DNA of 64,000 nucleotides, taken from assembly GCA_963803435.1 (NCBI GenBank), contig CAWDML010000002.1:1-64000 (forward strand). The letters run 5' to 3'. Numbering within the stretch: position 1 is the first letter of the stretch; each line of letters begins with the position of its first letter. The notes below the pieces were generated by a model, which was given only the letters and a program-made list of their open reading frames with translations, was not told the DNA's origin and searched no databases. Source of the DNA: an uncultured delta proteobacterium (GTDB lineage Bacteria; Myxococcota; Kuafuiibacteriia; Kuafuiibacteriales; Kuafuiibacteriaceae). Below are positions 10,634-21,754 of this stretch, in pieces. Position numbers and translations under genes: made by a program.

Positions 10634-10720
10634 CTACAACCCCCCGCCGCCGAGAGATTGCCTTGCACCCGGTCCGGGATTTCAGGCCTCGGCAGCCATG
10701 GAAGTTGTTGAGCAAGCGCA

Positions 10721-12169
10721 ACTACTATCCAGGCGATGGCACGCTGTACCGATTTAGCGAGAGCACCCACTCGACGTACGGCCGGCCCTGGGATCAGCAC
10801 AAGGACGGCACGGGGAACATTCTCGCGACCACGAGCCTTGATGGCAGCGCGCTGATCCAGAGGGTGAGCTCCGCCAACACGAGCATCTACCTCTACTTCG
10901 TGTACAGCTCGGGGCGGCTCGACAGCGTCCGGATCAACAGCACGTCCAGTCAGACGATCGTGGACTACGACGTGAACGCTTCGACCGGTCAGCTGGACTC
11001 GGTCGCGTTCGCCTCGTCGATCGGAACCATCGACACGGACGTGGGCTGGACGTTCACGTACGACGGGACCACGCACAATCTCACCACGATCGAGGAGAAC
11101 CTCGGCGGATCCGCGGTCACCACCGGGAACTTCGACTACGACGGGTCGGATCGGGTCACGACGTTGGAAGACCGGAGCAAGGACCTGGCGATCGCGTACG
11201 ACAGCGCGACGCAGACGACGGTGACGTACGACGCCTCCGCGGGAAGCAGTGAGACCGCGTTCACGCACAACGGCCTCTGGGTCACCGCCGCGAACAGCGA
11301 CATTCGGATGGGCGGGATCGGCGGCGCCACGGTGATCCGGGACGAGCACGGCCGCACCACGTGCATCGAAACGGACGATTCGCGGGTCTACAAGCTGACC
11401 TACGACGCCGACGGGGACAGCACGGTGGGCGACGGGACCGTTCCCACGAAGCTCGACGAGTACGGGAAGACCGGAAGCTGCACGAGCGGCCTCGGCACGG
11501 TCGCGCACGAGACCTGGCTCGCGGCGGACTACACCACCGAGTGGTCCTGGCGAAGCAAGTGGTCGCGGACCAAGTCGGTGTACAGCCCGGCGAGCTCCTG
11601 CAGCGGAACATCCCTCCCGTCCAACTGTCGCGAGACGAAGTACGACTACGTCTCGTCGAGCGATGACCGGATCCAGTGGATCACGCGGACCGGCTACACG
11701 AAGAACGTGAGCGACACCGTCTCGCAGCAGATCCGCAAGCAGCGCTTCTTCTACTTCGGCCTGGACACGGGAACCTGCACGTCGGGCGACAGCTACTCCG
11801 GTCTGCCGTGCCGGGTCGAGACCCAGGATAGCGGCGGTACAGTCTTCGCGCGGACCGACTACACCTACGTGTCGAGCGGCGCGACCGCCGGCCTGTTGAA
11901 GGCGACGAAGCGCTACAAGTCGAGCGGGACCTCCCTCAACACCACCTATGCGAGCCACAACGCATTCGGGAGCCCGACGAGCGTCACCGACGAGCGCGGC
12001 ATGGTGACCGACTACGCCTTCAACGGCTGGAACGCGGTCACCAGCATCACCGAGAACGACGCGATGAAGAACGACTCGGGCACGCTCCTCGATCCGGCGA
12101 CCAGCTACTCGTACACGGATATGCGGACCGTCGACACGGTGACGCTGCCGAAGGGAAACAAGATCGTCT
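10721..12169 (+). repeat. Rhs core segment, arm 1 of a 1,449-bp inverted repeat (truncated Rhs CDS)
   Basis: Nearly identical to the reverse complement of 15995-17443. The translations differ at only three visible residues (V/L, T/M, V/A). Confidence 0.95.
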
Positions 12170-12438
12170 CCCGCGTTCGGTATAGCTCGCGGTCGCGCAT
12201 GCTCGGACCGTACGACGCGCGCCGGTGTTGGTGAACCGCCGTCGACGGGCGGGAAGGTCCCCTTCCCGCCATAGGTGCTCTTCAGCCGCAGCGGAGGAAT
12301 CTGTCACCCGAAGGGCCGGAATGTAGTGGAGGAGGCGCGCAGCGCCTTGACAGATTCCGTGAGCGTAGGCTCTCCGGCGCCCACTCGATTCCCGGAAGAG
12401 CCTTGTCGGAAGAGCCGAGAAGATCGGCTAAGATCGGC

Positions 12439-12918
12439 TCATCCGATCTCGGATGCTTGGGCAGCCTTCAACTCTTCCTGAAGAAACTCTCGCTCCACCA
12501 TATCCTCACCGAACATCGCTGCGAGATCGAGGCACCATTGGTACGCAAAGGATAGAGGCACGCCTGTATTGTCGTATTCTAGGAGGATTCCTACAAAACA
12601 CCCAATGAGAGAGAGAGTTTTGCTGGACGGACCGCCCGCCGTCGAAGTGATCGGGCCTATTGCCTTCATCAGTTGAACGCTAAAAGCATTCCAATCTGGG
12701 GCGTCCGACATGAGGAGTCCGCATAGACGCCGATCTATAGGTGGAAGCGATTCCTGAATTGAGATCCGTCTCAGCCTCACCATACCGCGCGCTAGCCAGC
12801 GCGCAGCGAGAGCCCTGGCCAAAGTGCTTGAAGCCCCATTTAGGCGATCGAGCAGGTTCGCATCCACAGGATTGTCCTTTCCTACGTTAGTCAATTGATT
12901 CCGCTCGATGGCCAACAA
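12439..12918 (-). CDS. Hypothetical protein, candidate cognate immunity protein
   Basis: 159-aa ORF overlapping the 3' end of the Rhs gene on the same strand, in the same lower-GC patch. No recognisable motif. Confidence 0.45.
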   Translation of the reverse strand: MLAIERNQLTNVGKDNPVDANLLDRLNGASSTLARALAARWLARGMVRLRRISIQESLPPIDRRLCGLLMSDAPDWNAFSVQLMKAIGPITSTAGGPSSKTLSLIGCFVGILLEYDNTGVPLSFAYQWCLDLAAMFGEDMVEREFLQEELKAAQASEIG

Positions 12919-15900
12919 GATGCCGAGAGACCTTTGGTAATAGGCGAAACTATGCCCCCTGAAGAGTTCTCACAAATTGCATCGAAGAAGCTACAGACTG
13001 TAGCGCATTGCCGATTCGCCTCCGACTGCAAACCTTGCTTCGATGGGTGCCTAACGCTGCAGCAAGACAGGCAGGCAACGTACTGTCCTGGGCACCCGAG
13101 ACCAAGCGGTATATGAAACACCGGAAAGCCACGAACTGGTCCGCGAGGATAGCTCGGCGGTAATGAGTCGGGCGGCAGGTAGGGTGCAAATGGATCCGCG
13201 GCATCACAGAGATTGACGTTGTCGGTGATCTTGCAGCCCGGTTTTTGGGTCGGGCACAAGCAATATGGAGCCCAAACCCAGCAGCACGCCTCCCGGACCG
13301 GGGAAAGGGGGTAGACACACAAGGAGCGCGCGGCGGCTTCGCAGGTCTGTAGTCCGTCGGGATCCGCACTTCCAACTGGATCCGCGCCGGCATAGGCAAA
13401 ATACCCTATCTCACCGGCCTCCAGTCCAATCGGATCGGGTGACAAGTACCTCCCGTCCTCCGAGCGATACCATCGCCTAAAGTTGTAACTCGCGTACGCA
13501 TCCGCGTCCCACACTTGACCCGGCATCCGCAGATCCAGCACGAACCGCCCGCTGGTGTCCGTGGTGTACTCGAGCTTGTCGACCACGATCCCGCGCGTGC
13601 TGTCCTGGACGTTGTCGGCCACGAACTCAACCGTGATCGACGACTCACCCTCACCCGCCCAATCGCTCCAGTGCCCACTAAGATCGCCCGTGAGCTGCAC
13701 GATGACCGACTTGTCGGCCCGTTCGAGATTGACGTAGTCCTTCCCTGTCCGCGTCGTCCCGGCCGCGACGTCGAACTGATCGAAATGGAGCCGTATGTTG
13801 TTGGCACCGCTCACGGTGTAGGTCTTCGACCAGATTACATCCTGGGAGGCTCCACCGGTGCAAGACCCAGCGGAGCAGCTCGTTTCGCAGGTATTGCAGC
13901 CAGTCCAGCAGGACGGCCAGCAGCAGCATGTGTTGTAATCCTCCTTGTCTCCACCCGTGGAGGGATCGTCGTCAGGGCTCACGTCCTGCGCCGACACCGT
14001 GAAGTCCATGGGCGCGTTTCGGCCGAAGGGATCGTTCTCCCAGCGCCAAAGCTCGACGCCGCTGTCGTCGGTCACCAGGATCGGCGTGCCGAGCTGGTCC
14101 GTGTGGATCCAGTAGGTCTCGCCCTCCGTCTGATCGTCCGTCCCCGAGCTGCGGGTGGAGTACGCGGCCGCGATCGGCCGGCCCTCGAGGTAGATGTAGG
14201 AGCGCAGGTAGCGCGGGAACTCTGAGCTACAGCTCTTGAAGGTGTCCTGGACGCGGAGCTGGTGCGAGGTCCCGCCACCGCCGGCCGGATCGTAGAAGTA
14301 GAAGGTCGGCCTCTCGTTGCAGACGGCGATCTTCTCGTACCGGTCGTGGAAGTGCGTGTAGCGCGAGTGGACATCGCCCAGGAAGTCGTTGTTGGCCACC
14401 GTGAGCTCGCCGTCCGTCGACCAGGTGTACGCGAGGTTCGTGGGCGTATTGGCCTCGGTGATCTCGCCCTCGGCGGAGTTCGACATCTCGACGCCATTGA
14501 CCGAGTCGATGATGTCGGTCCCGGTGGCGTACGTGTATTCGTCGTCCTCGCTGCTGTAGGCTCCGTAGCGCCGGTAGGTTCGATTGCCGGACTTGTCATA
14601 GTCGAACGACTCGAGGAAGTCCTCGGACGACCAGGGCTCAGTGCCCGAGCAGGAGCCGATCGAGGAGCGCCCCACGCATCGCAGGCGGTCGAGGTCGTCG
14701 TAGGCCGTGTAGTAGTCGAGGTGGCGTTTGCCGAGGTGATCGTCGTAGTGGGTGATGTTCCCGCCGACGTCGTACGACAGGTTGATGTCCGTGTACGTGA
14801 CGGCCGGAGACGTCGTGTCCGTCTTCCGGCGCGTGAGCCGCCGCGCGTGATCGTATTCGTTCGTCTCCACGATCCCGTTCGCGTAGTTCAGCGTCTTGAA
14901 CCCGCCGAATGCGAAGTAGGTCGGGTTCGTCGAGTCCGAGGTGACGAGCGTCCAGGAGCCGGCCGAGACCAGCTTGTGCCGCACGTACTGGACCCGGTCC
15001 TTCAGCGTCGAGTCGTAGACGTACTCGATCTTCCGGGCGTGGTCGGTATTGTCCGGCCGGTCCTCCAGGTATTCGTACTGCAGGTTGCCGTTGAGATCGT
15101 AGATCCTCGAGAACCCCCGGGCGGCCGAATTGCTCCAGGTCGCCGTTTCCATCACCTGGTACACCGAGTGGATGCGCCCGTTCTTGTGGTAGCAGAGCAC
15201 GCGCTTGTAGTGGACGGCGTCCGTATACATCGACAGCCGGCCGGCCTGGTAGGTGTTCGTCTCGCACGCCGACGACGGCGTCGAGTCCCCGTCGTAGTAG
15301 AAGAGCGCATCGTTGGTCGAGTTGCACTGGTCGTCGTAGGCCGTCTTTCGGCCCAGCCAGTCGTAGCTGTAGCAGTGGCTCTGCGCGCTCGAGGACGAGT
15401 TGTACGCAGACTCGCGTCGCTTGGTGATCCTCCCGGTGACGTCGAACTCTTCGCGGATGTCCCCGCGTGTCTTCGAGCGCTCGAGCACCACCTCGCCGAA
15501 GTCGTTGTGCTCGGTCCGCGTGTCCACGTCGGTCGGGGACGTCGTCGTCAGGAGTTGCCCCTGGCCGTCGTAGGCGTAATTTGTCTTGGCTTCGGTCCCG
15601 CCAGCAGCCCGGGAGAGGCTCGAGAGGCGGCCCTGATCGTCATAGTCGTAGTCCGTCTCGTTGTGGAGGTAGTCGAGCACCGAGCTCAGCTTGCCGCTCG
15701 TATACGTGTACGTCTGCGAGGCGTCCGCCGGATCGCTGGTGTCGCCCGTGTACAGATATTCCGTGGCCAGTCGACCCAATCCATCGAACTCGGCCTTCAT
15801 CCGGCTATCGAGCGTCGTGCAGTCCTCGTCCGCGCAGGGCGTCGTCCCGTTGATCGAGTCGAGGATCTTGGTCTCCGTTTGTCGCCCGAAGGCGTCATTC

Positions 15901-17464
15901 TCGTAGCGCTGGATCTCCGTCAGGTTCGCGCTCGCGTCCGCGAGCGCGTAGGCCTTGAGGCGCCCGAAGCCGCCCGCTCCGGTGAAGTACTTGTAGACGA
16001 TCTTGTTTCCCTTCGGCAGCGTCACCGTGTCGACGGTCCGCATATCCGTGTACGAGTAGCTGGTCGCCGGATCGAGGAGCGTGCCCGAGTCGTTCTTCAT
16101 CGCGTCGTTCTCGGTGATGCTGGTGACCGCGTTCCAGCCGTTGAAGGCGTAGTCGGTCACCATGCCGCGCTCGTCGGTGACGCTCGTCGGGCTCCCGAAT
16201 GCGTTGTGGCTCGCATAGGTGGTGTTGAGGGAGGTCCCGCTCGACTTGTAGCGCTTCGTCGCCTTCAACAGGCCGGCGGTCGCGCCGCTCGACACGTAGG
16301 TGTAGTCGGTCCGCGCGAAGACTGTACCGCCGCTATCCTGGGTCTCGACCCGGCACGGCAGACCGGAGTAGCTGTCGCCCGACGTGCAGGTTCCCGTGTC
16401 CAGGCCGAAGTAGAAGAAGCGCTGCTTGCGGATCTGCTGCGAGACGGTGTCGCTCACGTTCTTCGTGTAGCCGGTCCGCGTGATCCACTGGATCCGGTCA
16501 TCGCTCGACGAGACGTAGTCGTACTTCGTCTCGCGACAGTTGGACGGGAGGGATGTTCCGCTGCAGGAGCTCGCCGGGCTGTACACCGACTTGGTCCGCG
16601 ACCACTTGCTTCGCCAGGACCACTCGGTGGTGTAGTCCGCCGCGAGCCAGGTCTCGTGCGCGACCGTGCCGAGGCCGCTCGTGCAGCTTCCGGTCTTCCC
16701 ATACTCGTCGAGCTTCGTGGGAACGGTCCCGTCGCCCGCGGTGCTGTCGCCGTCGGCGTCGTAGGTCAGCTTGTAGACCCGCGAATCATCCGTTTCGATG
16801 CACGTGGTGCGGCCGTGCTCGTCCCGGATCACCGTGGCGCCGCCGATCCCGCCCATCCGAATGTCGCTGTTCGCGGCGGTGACCCAGAGGCCGTTGTGCG
16901 TGAACGCGGTCTCACTGCTTCCCGCGGAGGCGTCGTACGTCACCGTCGTCTGCGTCGCGCTGTCGTACGCGATCGCCAGGTCCTTGCTCCGGTCTTCCAA
17001 CGTCGTGACCCGATCCGACCCGTCGTAGTCGAAGTTCCCGGTGGTGACCGCGGATCCGCCGAGGTTCTCCTCGATCGTGGTGAGATTGTGCATGGTCCCG
17101 TCGTACGTGAACGTCCAGCCCAGGTCCGTGTCGATGGTTCCGATCGACGAGGCGAACGCGACCGAGTCCAGCTGACCGGTCGAAGCGTTCACGTCGTAGT
17201 CCACGATCGTCTGACTGGACGTGCTGTTGATCCGGACGCTGTCGAGCCGCCCCGAGCTGTACACGAAGTAGAGGTAGATGCTCGTGTTGGCGGAGCTCAC
17301 CCTCTGGATCAGCGCGCTGCCATCAAGGCTCGTGGTCGCGAGAATGTTCCCCGTGCCGTCCTTGTGCTGATCCCAGGGCCGGCCGTACGTCGAGTGGGTG
17401 CTCTCGCTAAATCGGTACAGCGTGCCATCGCCTGGATAGTAGTAGAACCGGCCGCCCGACCGGC
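12891..17464 (-). CDS. Rhs/YD-repeat protein lacking its N-terminus: Rhs core, CUB-like insertion and Cys-rich C-terminal domain
   Basis: Many YD repeats, HTDQLGTP, WRWENDPFG, LRMPGQ, GRYLSPDPIG...DPVGSADPDGL (Rhs cleavage signature) and a 152-aa tail. Homology with the + strand copy stops at 17464; the ORF upstream of that point is unrelated sequence. Confidence 0.92.
15995..17443 (-). repeat. Arm 2 of the 1,449-bp inverted repeat
   Basis: Reverse complement of 10721-12169. The match extends to 17464 against 7152-7178 once the insertion element is removed. Confidence 0.95.
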
Positions 17465-17873
17465 CGACGACGCGAACCGCCCTCCCGCTAGGGATCACGC
17501 CCTCCCTCAAGCAGGAGAGCGCGCTCGAGGTCGCGCGCAGGCTTGTGCGCGATCGAACTCGAAGGCCGGAGCTCCAACTCGGCCGTTCACGCCTCCTCGG
17601 GCCATGAGGAACCTTCTCCGCGGCCTCACGACAGCGACATAAGCGTCCGACCGAGAGCGGTCGTCGCATCTGGGGCTCGCTTGACGATCGACCTGATCGA
17701 CCTCGCACATATCCACGGGTCCGCTAAGTTCGGCGCCTTCGGGGCCACGACGCCGGCCCTCTCCAGGAGGCGTATCTGCACTAACCCAGAAACTTCTTCA
17801 CGTCCAGCCCAAAACGATAGGTCAGCAACTCAGGATCCGTGGGATTCTGGGTTAGGCTCCGATTCCAACTTAT

Positions 17874-18218
17874 CTACGGATTGTCACCGCAAAACCACTC
17901 GCCCCGACCATCAAAGAGGGTGCAGAGACAAGAGTCATCCGGCTGCCACCGACTACAGGTTCCTTTTGCCCCAATGACCGGACACTCCTCGACATCGTCG
18001 GATACTATGACGCAGCGTGTTTCGCATTCCTGGGATGAAGTGCACTCACTCCCTCCATCGTTAGTCGGACAGGAGCAGAATTGGCCGACTGTAAGTTGGC
18101 CCCCCTTCCGTGCGCACTCCTCTTCTGATGCCACCAGTCCGGGAACACAGGACAGAAGAGTCGTATCGTCGCTCCCGCAGCCGACAAGCATCAACAGGGG
18201 GATTGCAGCGAACTTCAC
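17874..18218 (-). CDS. Small Cys-rich lipoprotein
   Basis: Lipobox MKFAAIPLLMLVGC and many cysteines. Overlaps the upstream stop by 4 bp. Confidence 0.75.
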   Translation of the reverse strand: MKFAAIPLLMLVGCGSDDTTLLSCVPGLVASEEECARKGGQLTVGQFCSCPTNDGGSECTSSQECETRCVIVSDDVEECPVIGAKGTCSRWQPDDSCLCTLFDGRGEWFCGDNP

Positions 18219-19873
18219 TCAAACGCCTCGCCGAAACGCACGGCAAAAAAATCCTCCACATACTCCGTCTGCATATTTGGATCCATATATAGCACGGCTA
18301 CGATGTCCTCCATTGTCACATGGTATCGGTCGAGTTCATCGCCGTACGCGAGCGCGTCGAAATATGCTTGCGAGCTCTCCACCTCGAAATAAGGGCAGGG
18401 CCAGTGGCACTCGTCAAAGTCTGGCCACGGTATAGGCCCGCTTATGCCTAGTTTCTCAAAGGCGGCGGCTATGGCCGCGAATCGCTGGTCCATCGTCGCA
18501 ATTGCGGTCATTCGAAGTTGGGCTTGTGTACAATGCGGACTAGCTTGTCCGAAAACAAAATCCTCACAATCACAAACATTGCCCCAGTGGTCACCATCAT
18601 TGTCCTCCTGGTGAGGATTAGCGTCGTACGGACAGTTGTCCTGCGAATTAGCAACTCCATCTCCATCCATATCGAGGTCACATGCATTACCGACGCCATC
18701 GCCATCAATATCGGCTTGACGAGGATTGTTTTCGTTCGGACAATTGTCGGTCGCACATACGCCGTCCCTATCGGGATCAGGCACAGGGTCGTCTGGACAG
18801 AGGTCGCAGCGATCTCCAACACCGTCGTGATCACGATCGGCCTGCGACGGATTCGAAAAGCCGGGACAATTATCGAACGGCGTGCATAACCCGTCGCCGT
18901 CAATATCCGTCCCCCCAGCAATCCCTGGGCAAGGTTCGCAAGCATCTCCCACTCCGTCCCCATCTGAGTCTTTGAAGTCCCAGCAGGTCCTTTCCACACA
19001 CTGGCAAATCGAAAAGCCCAACATCGCGGCCTCACTCGATGGGATGTCTGACTGAACAACGTATCTTCCAGCGTTACCGCAGGTTATTCCAGTTAAGTCA
19101 CACGCCCATCCTGAAGCTGAGGCGATGCGATCCATGCATTGCTGAATACCATCGGTGATCGCGACAAAAGTGTTGACACCGCTAGGATAATCGCAATCTA
19201 CCTCTGCCCCTGTGTCCCCACTCTGTTGGTGGTAGAAACCGTGGTTATGCATCAACTCGTGCGCAACCACCCACGCAAGGACTGATTGCGGGCTGGCTGG
19301 CCACCTGCAGTTGGAATGGCGACCAAACTCCGCGCAGATCGACTGTTGTTGCGTGGCTTCATTATATGCCAGGTGGTGTGCATTCCAGGAGATCCAGTCA
19401 GACTCCAGATTTCCGTACTCATTGTGCTCTGTATAGGCCACAAAGGCCGAGGTACAACCGTTTAGCCAACTGCAAATTTGGCTATCGCAGCTTCGGATTT
19501 CGTAGAGATTTTGGTTAACGAGAGCATGGACGATTCGTTCGACGATTTCGTCGGACGAAGTCTGAGTGGGGTCGGCCCATGCCGGATCGTGCGGAGCGCC
19601 CGAAGTCGGGTCTGGCCGACATTGAATGTATTCCTGATCTACGAAGTTTCTCAGGCATTCACTGAATGCTGGGGACGATGCGATAATCCCTTGGACGTCA
19701 CGAGAGAGTGAGAGCATGTCGATTTGTGTTGGGCTACACTGATCTGCCGTGCCTTGAGAGGGCCAGCTTACCGCTCCATATAGCGTGGCAGGTTGAGCAG
19801 CACGCACCTCGTTTGCTGGTTTGCACCCTCCTACTCCAAGAAGTCCTAGAAGTATGATCAGATTTGAGCGCAC
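18215..19873 (-). CDS. Lipoprotein with metzincin-type Zn motif and thrombospondin type-3 repeats
   Basis: Lipobox LLGVGGC (likely GTG start at 19873), HELMHNHGFYH (HExxHxxGxxH), and repeated DxDGDGVGDAC / DNCP units. Confidence 0.8.
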   Translation of the reverse strand: MRSNLIILLGLLGVGGCKPANEVRAAQPATLYGAVSWPSQGTADQCSPTQIDMLSLSRDVQGIIASSPAFSECLRNFVDQEYIQCRPDPTSGAPHDPAWADPTQTSSDEIVERIVHALVNQNLYEIRSCDSQICSWLNGCTSAFVAYTEHNEYGNLESDWISWNAHHLAYNEATQQQSICAEFGRHSNCRWPASPQSVLAWVVAHELMHNHGFYHQQSGDTGAEVDCDYPSGVNTFVAITDGIQQCMDRIASASGWACDLTGITCGNAGRYVVQSDIPSSEAAMLGFSICQCVERTCWDFKDSDGDGVGDACEPCPGIAGGTDIDGDGLCTPFDNCPGFSNPSQADRDHDGVGDRCDLCPDDPVPDPDRDGVCATDNCPNENNPRQADIDGDGVGNACDLDMDGDGVANSQDNCPYDANPHQEDNDGDHWGNVCDCEDFVFGQASPHCTQAQLRMTAIATMDQRFAAIAAAFEKLGISGPIPWPDFDECHWPCPYFEVESSQAYFDALAYGDELDRYHVTMEDIVAVLYMDPNMQTEYVEDFFAVRFGEAFE

Positions 19874-20782
19874 CAACCCTCGAATCGCGATCAGTGCGGC
19901 AGGGGAACTATATGCGCGGCTTCTACGCACCCGCGCTCCCATCAAGGGTTCGAATGAAGTCGCTCTCCTCACGCTGCCCCCCGACGCCAGTGCCCAGGAA
20001 AATGCTGGGCGCCGCTTGCGCTTTTGGAAGTTTACAGAAGCCCGATAGATGAATCAAGCGGGCCAACGCTTTCAGGCGTAGTCGCCAGCGCGGAGTTCGG
20101 CGTCGCGGAGTCACCATTCCGATCGGCGCCTCGAAGGCAAAGGGCAGGGCCTTCAGGTCCGGAGCCGAGCGCGACGACCGTCTTCGCGGTGGTGGCCGCT
20201 GGACCCGTACTTCGATTCCGATGAGCACGGTTGCCGACCTGGCCACTCGGACATGTGCCTCGCCAAGCAGGTGAAGTTCGCGCGCGCCATCGCATCCCAA
20301 CCCCAGACATGGCGGTGCTCCGGTCCGTCGAGCCGGAGACGGCCGCTTCCTCGAGAGCGCCCTCGGCCGAACGGATCTCGAGTCGCAGACGTCCTCTTGT
20401 ATGGGCGCACACACCCACAGCGACGGCGTCTCGCTCCTGGAGCGCGTCGCGACCCCCGGTCGTCCTCGTCTCCAAAGTCAGCAGCCTCCCCGACCTCCCC
20501 GGCCGCTACCGGCGCCCCACGGCACCGTCCTGCCCTTTGACCGCCTCGTCCGGCGTTCCATGTGTACCAGCCCGGTTTGATCTGAAGACTTCGTCCCGGA
20601 TTTCCGTCGGGATGCTTCGGCCGCTGGCGCGCGCTTGATGTCGTCGAGATCAGCGCGATCGGTTGCGCGCGCGCCGGCTCGGCGTTCCGCGCCGGGCGAT
20701 CGGCAGGCTCGGGTTGTGCCGCGAAGAAGCGCGCCCGGCGCTCCACACCGAGCTCGATTCCGGATTCCGTTCCCGTTCACTC

Positions 20783-21613
20783 CTAGGAGTGGGAATTGGG
20801 AACGACGGAGTAGCCGGCGTCGGTGAGATCGATCCGATGTTGCTGTTCGAGGCGTCGAAGCGCGTCGCCGAGCGTTTGGTTTCGTAGGCGCAGTAGCCGA
20901 CGGAGATCGGATCTGGTCGTCGGCTGGCCTGCGCTGCGAAGCGTATCGAGGATCTTGAGATCGAGCGGCTCCTCCAGCGGCGCGGATGCCGGCTCTGGCG
21001 CGAGCGCGAGGTGAGTCGCATCCTCGGCGCCGGCGAGTGCGAGCAGAAATGGCTCGGGTGCGGGCGCGGCGCGATGTTCGACGGTGAGGATGAGCCGATC
21101 TCGGTGGCGCTTGAGGTAGAGATTCGAATCGCCCCAAGCGTGGAAGTCTCCCGATCCTCGGAGCGCTTGCCCCGGTGCGCCCTGCGTCCCGTTCTTTCTC
21201 GCGTGATGGACCACGACCACCGCGGTGTCGCACGCGCGCTGGAGCTCCCGGAGATAGGCGAGGATCGCCGACACCTCGCCGACGTCGTTCTCGTTGCTGC
21301 GATGGAGTCGGACGAAGGGATCGAGGAGCAGTAAGACCGGCTTCTTGTCCTCGATCGTTTCTCGAAGTCGCGTTTGATCCTGCGCAGTGTCGAGCCGCAG
21401 CGAAGGGACCTGGACGGCCTCAATCGGCAGATCTTCGAGCCGCAGTCCGCGATGGCGCGCGATCCCGTCGAGCCGCGAGCGGACGATGTGATTGGCGTCT
21501 TCGGCGAGATAGATGAGCACGTTCCCGCCGCGACGGACCTCGAAGCGATCGAGGCACGCCGAGTTGCTCGCGACCGAGACCACGAGGTCGAGACCGAGCC
21601 AGCTCTTGCAGCA
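20783..21613 (-). pseudogene. RepA/AAA_25-type ATPase, 3' part (split by RIT)
   Basis: Reads CCKSWLGLDL...IYLAED...LLDP...VVHHARK...LRGSGDFHAW. Homologous to 5461-6486. Confidence 0.9.
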
Positions 21614-21754
21614 TTATCCCGCGTCCCGATTTATGCCGCGCGCTACGATTCTTGATTGCCACGTGGATGGGGGAGTCCCTCTCGGTGGTGATCGACGCGG
21701 CATAACCAGGTCTCGTCTCCTGCCCGGCGATCGACGCCGGACGAAGGAGACGAC

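Larger units (their letters stand above)
7179..10720 (-). mobile_element. 3,542-bp insertion element with two DDE transposase-like genes; 6-bp target duplication ACTACT
   Basis: ACTACT at 7173-7178 and 10721-10726. Ends read TGCG...CGCA. The uninterrupted target (GGTTCTACTACTATCC) is present in the paralogous copy at 17434-17449 on the - strand. Confidence 0.93.

Noticed and set aside
17465-17630. Possible IS end upstream of the headless Rhs copy (TTCTCCGCGGCCTC)
   Set aside because: It resembles some IS termini, but no partner end, target duplication or transposase was found.
14262-17642. 1126-aa + strand ORF and similar long ORFs (9236-10711, 10417-11958, 40114-41718, 51657-53279)
   Set aside because: These are antisense shadows of real high-GC genes, with no motifs of their own.
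19980-20557. Short overlapping ORFs left of the transposon
   Set aside because: No motif or consistent coding signal. Probably intergenic or degraded sequence.
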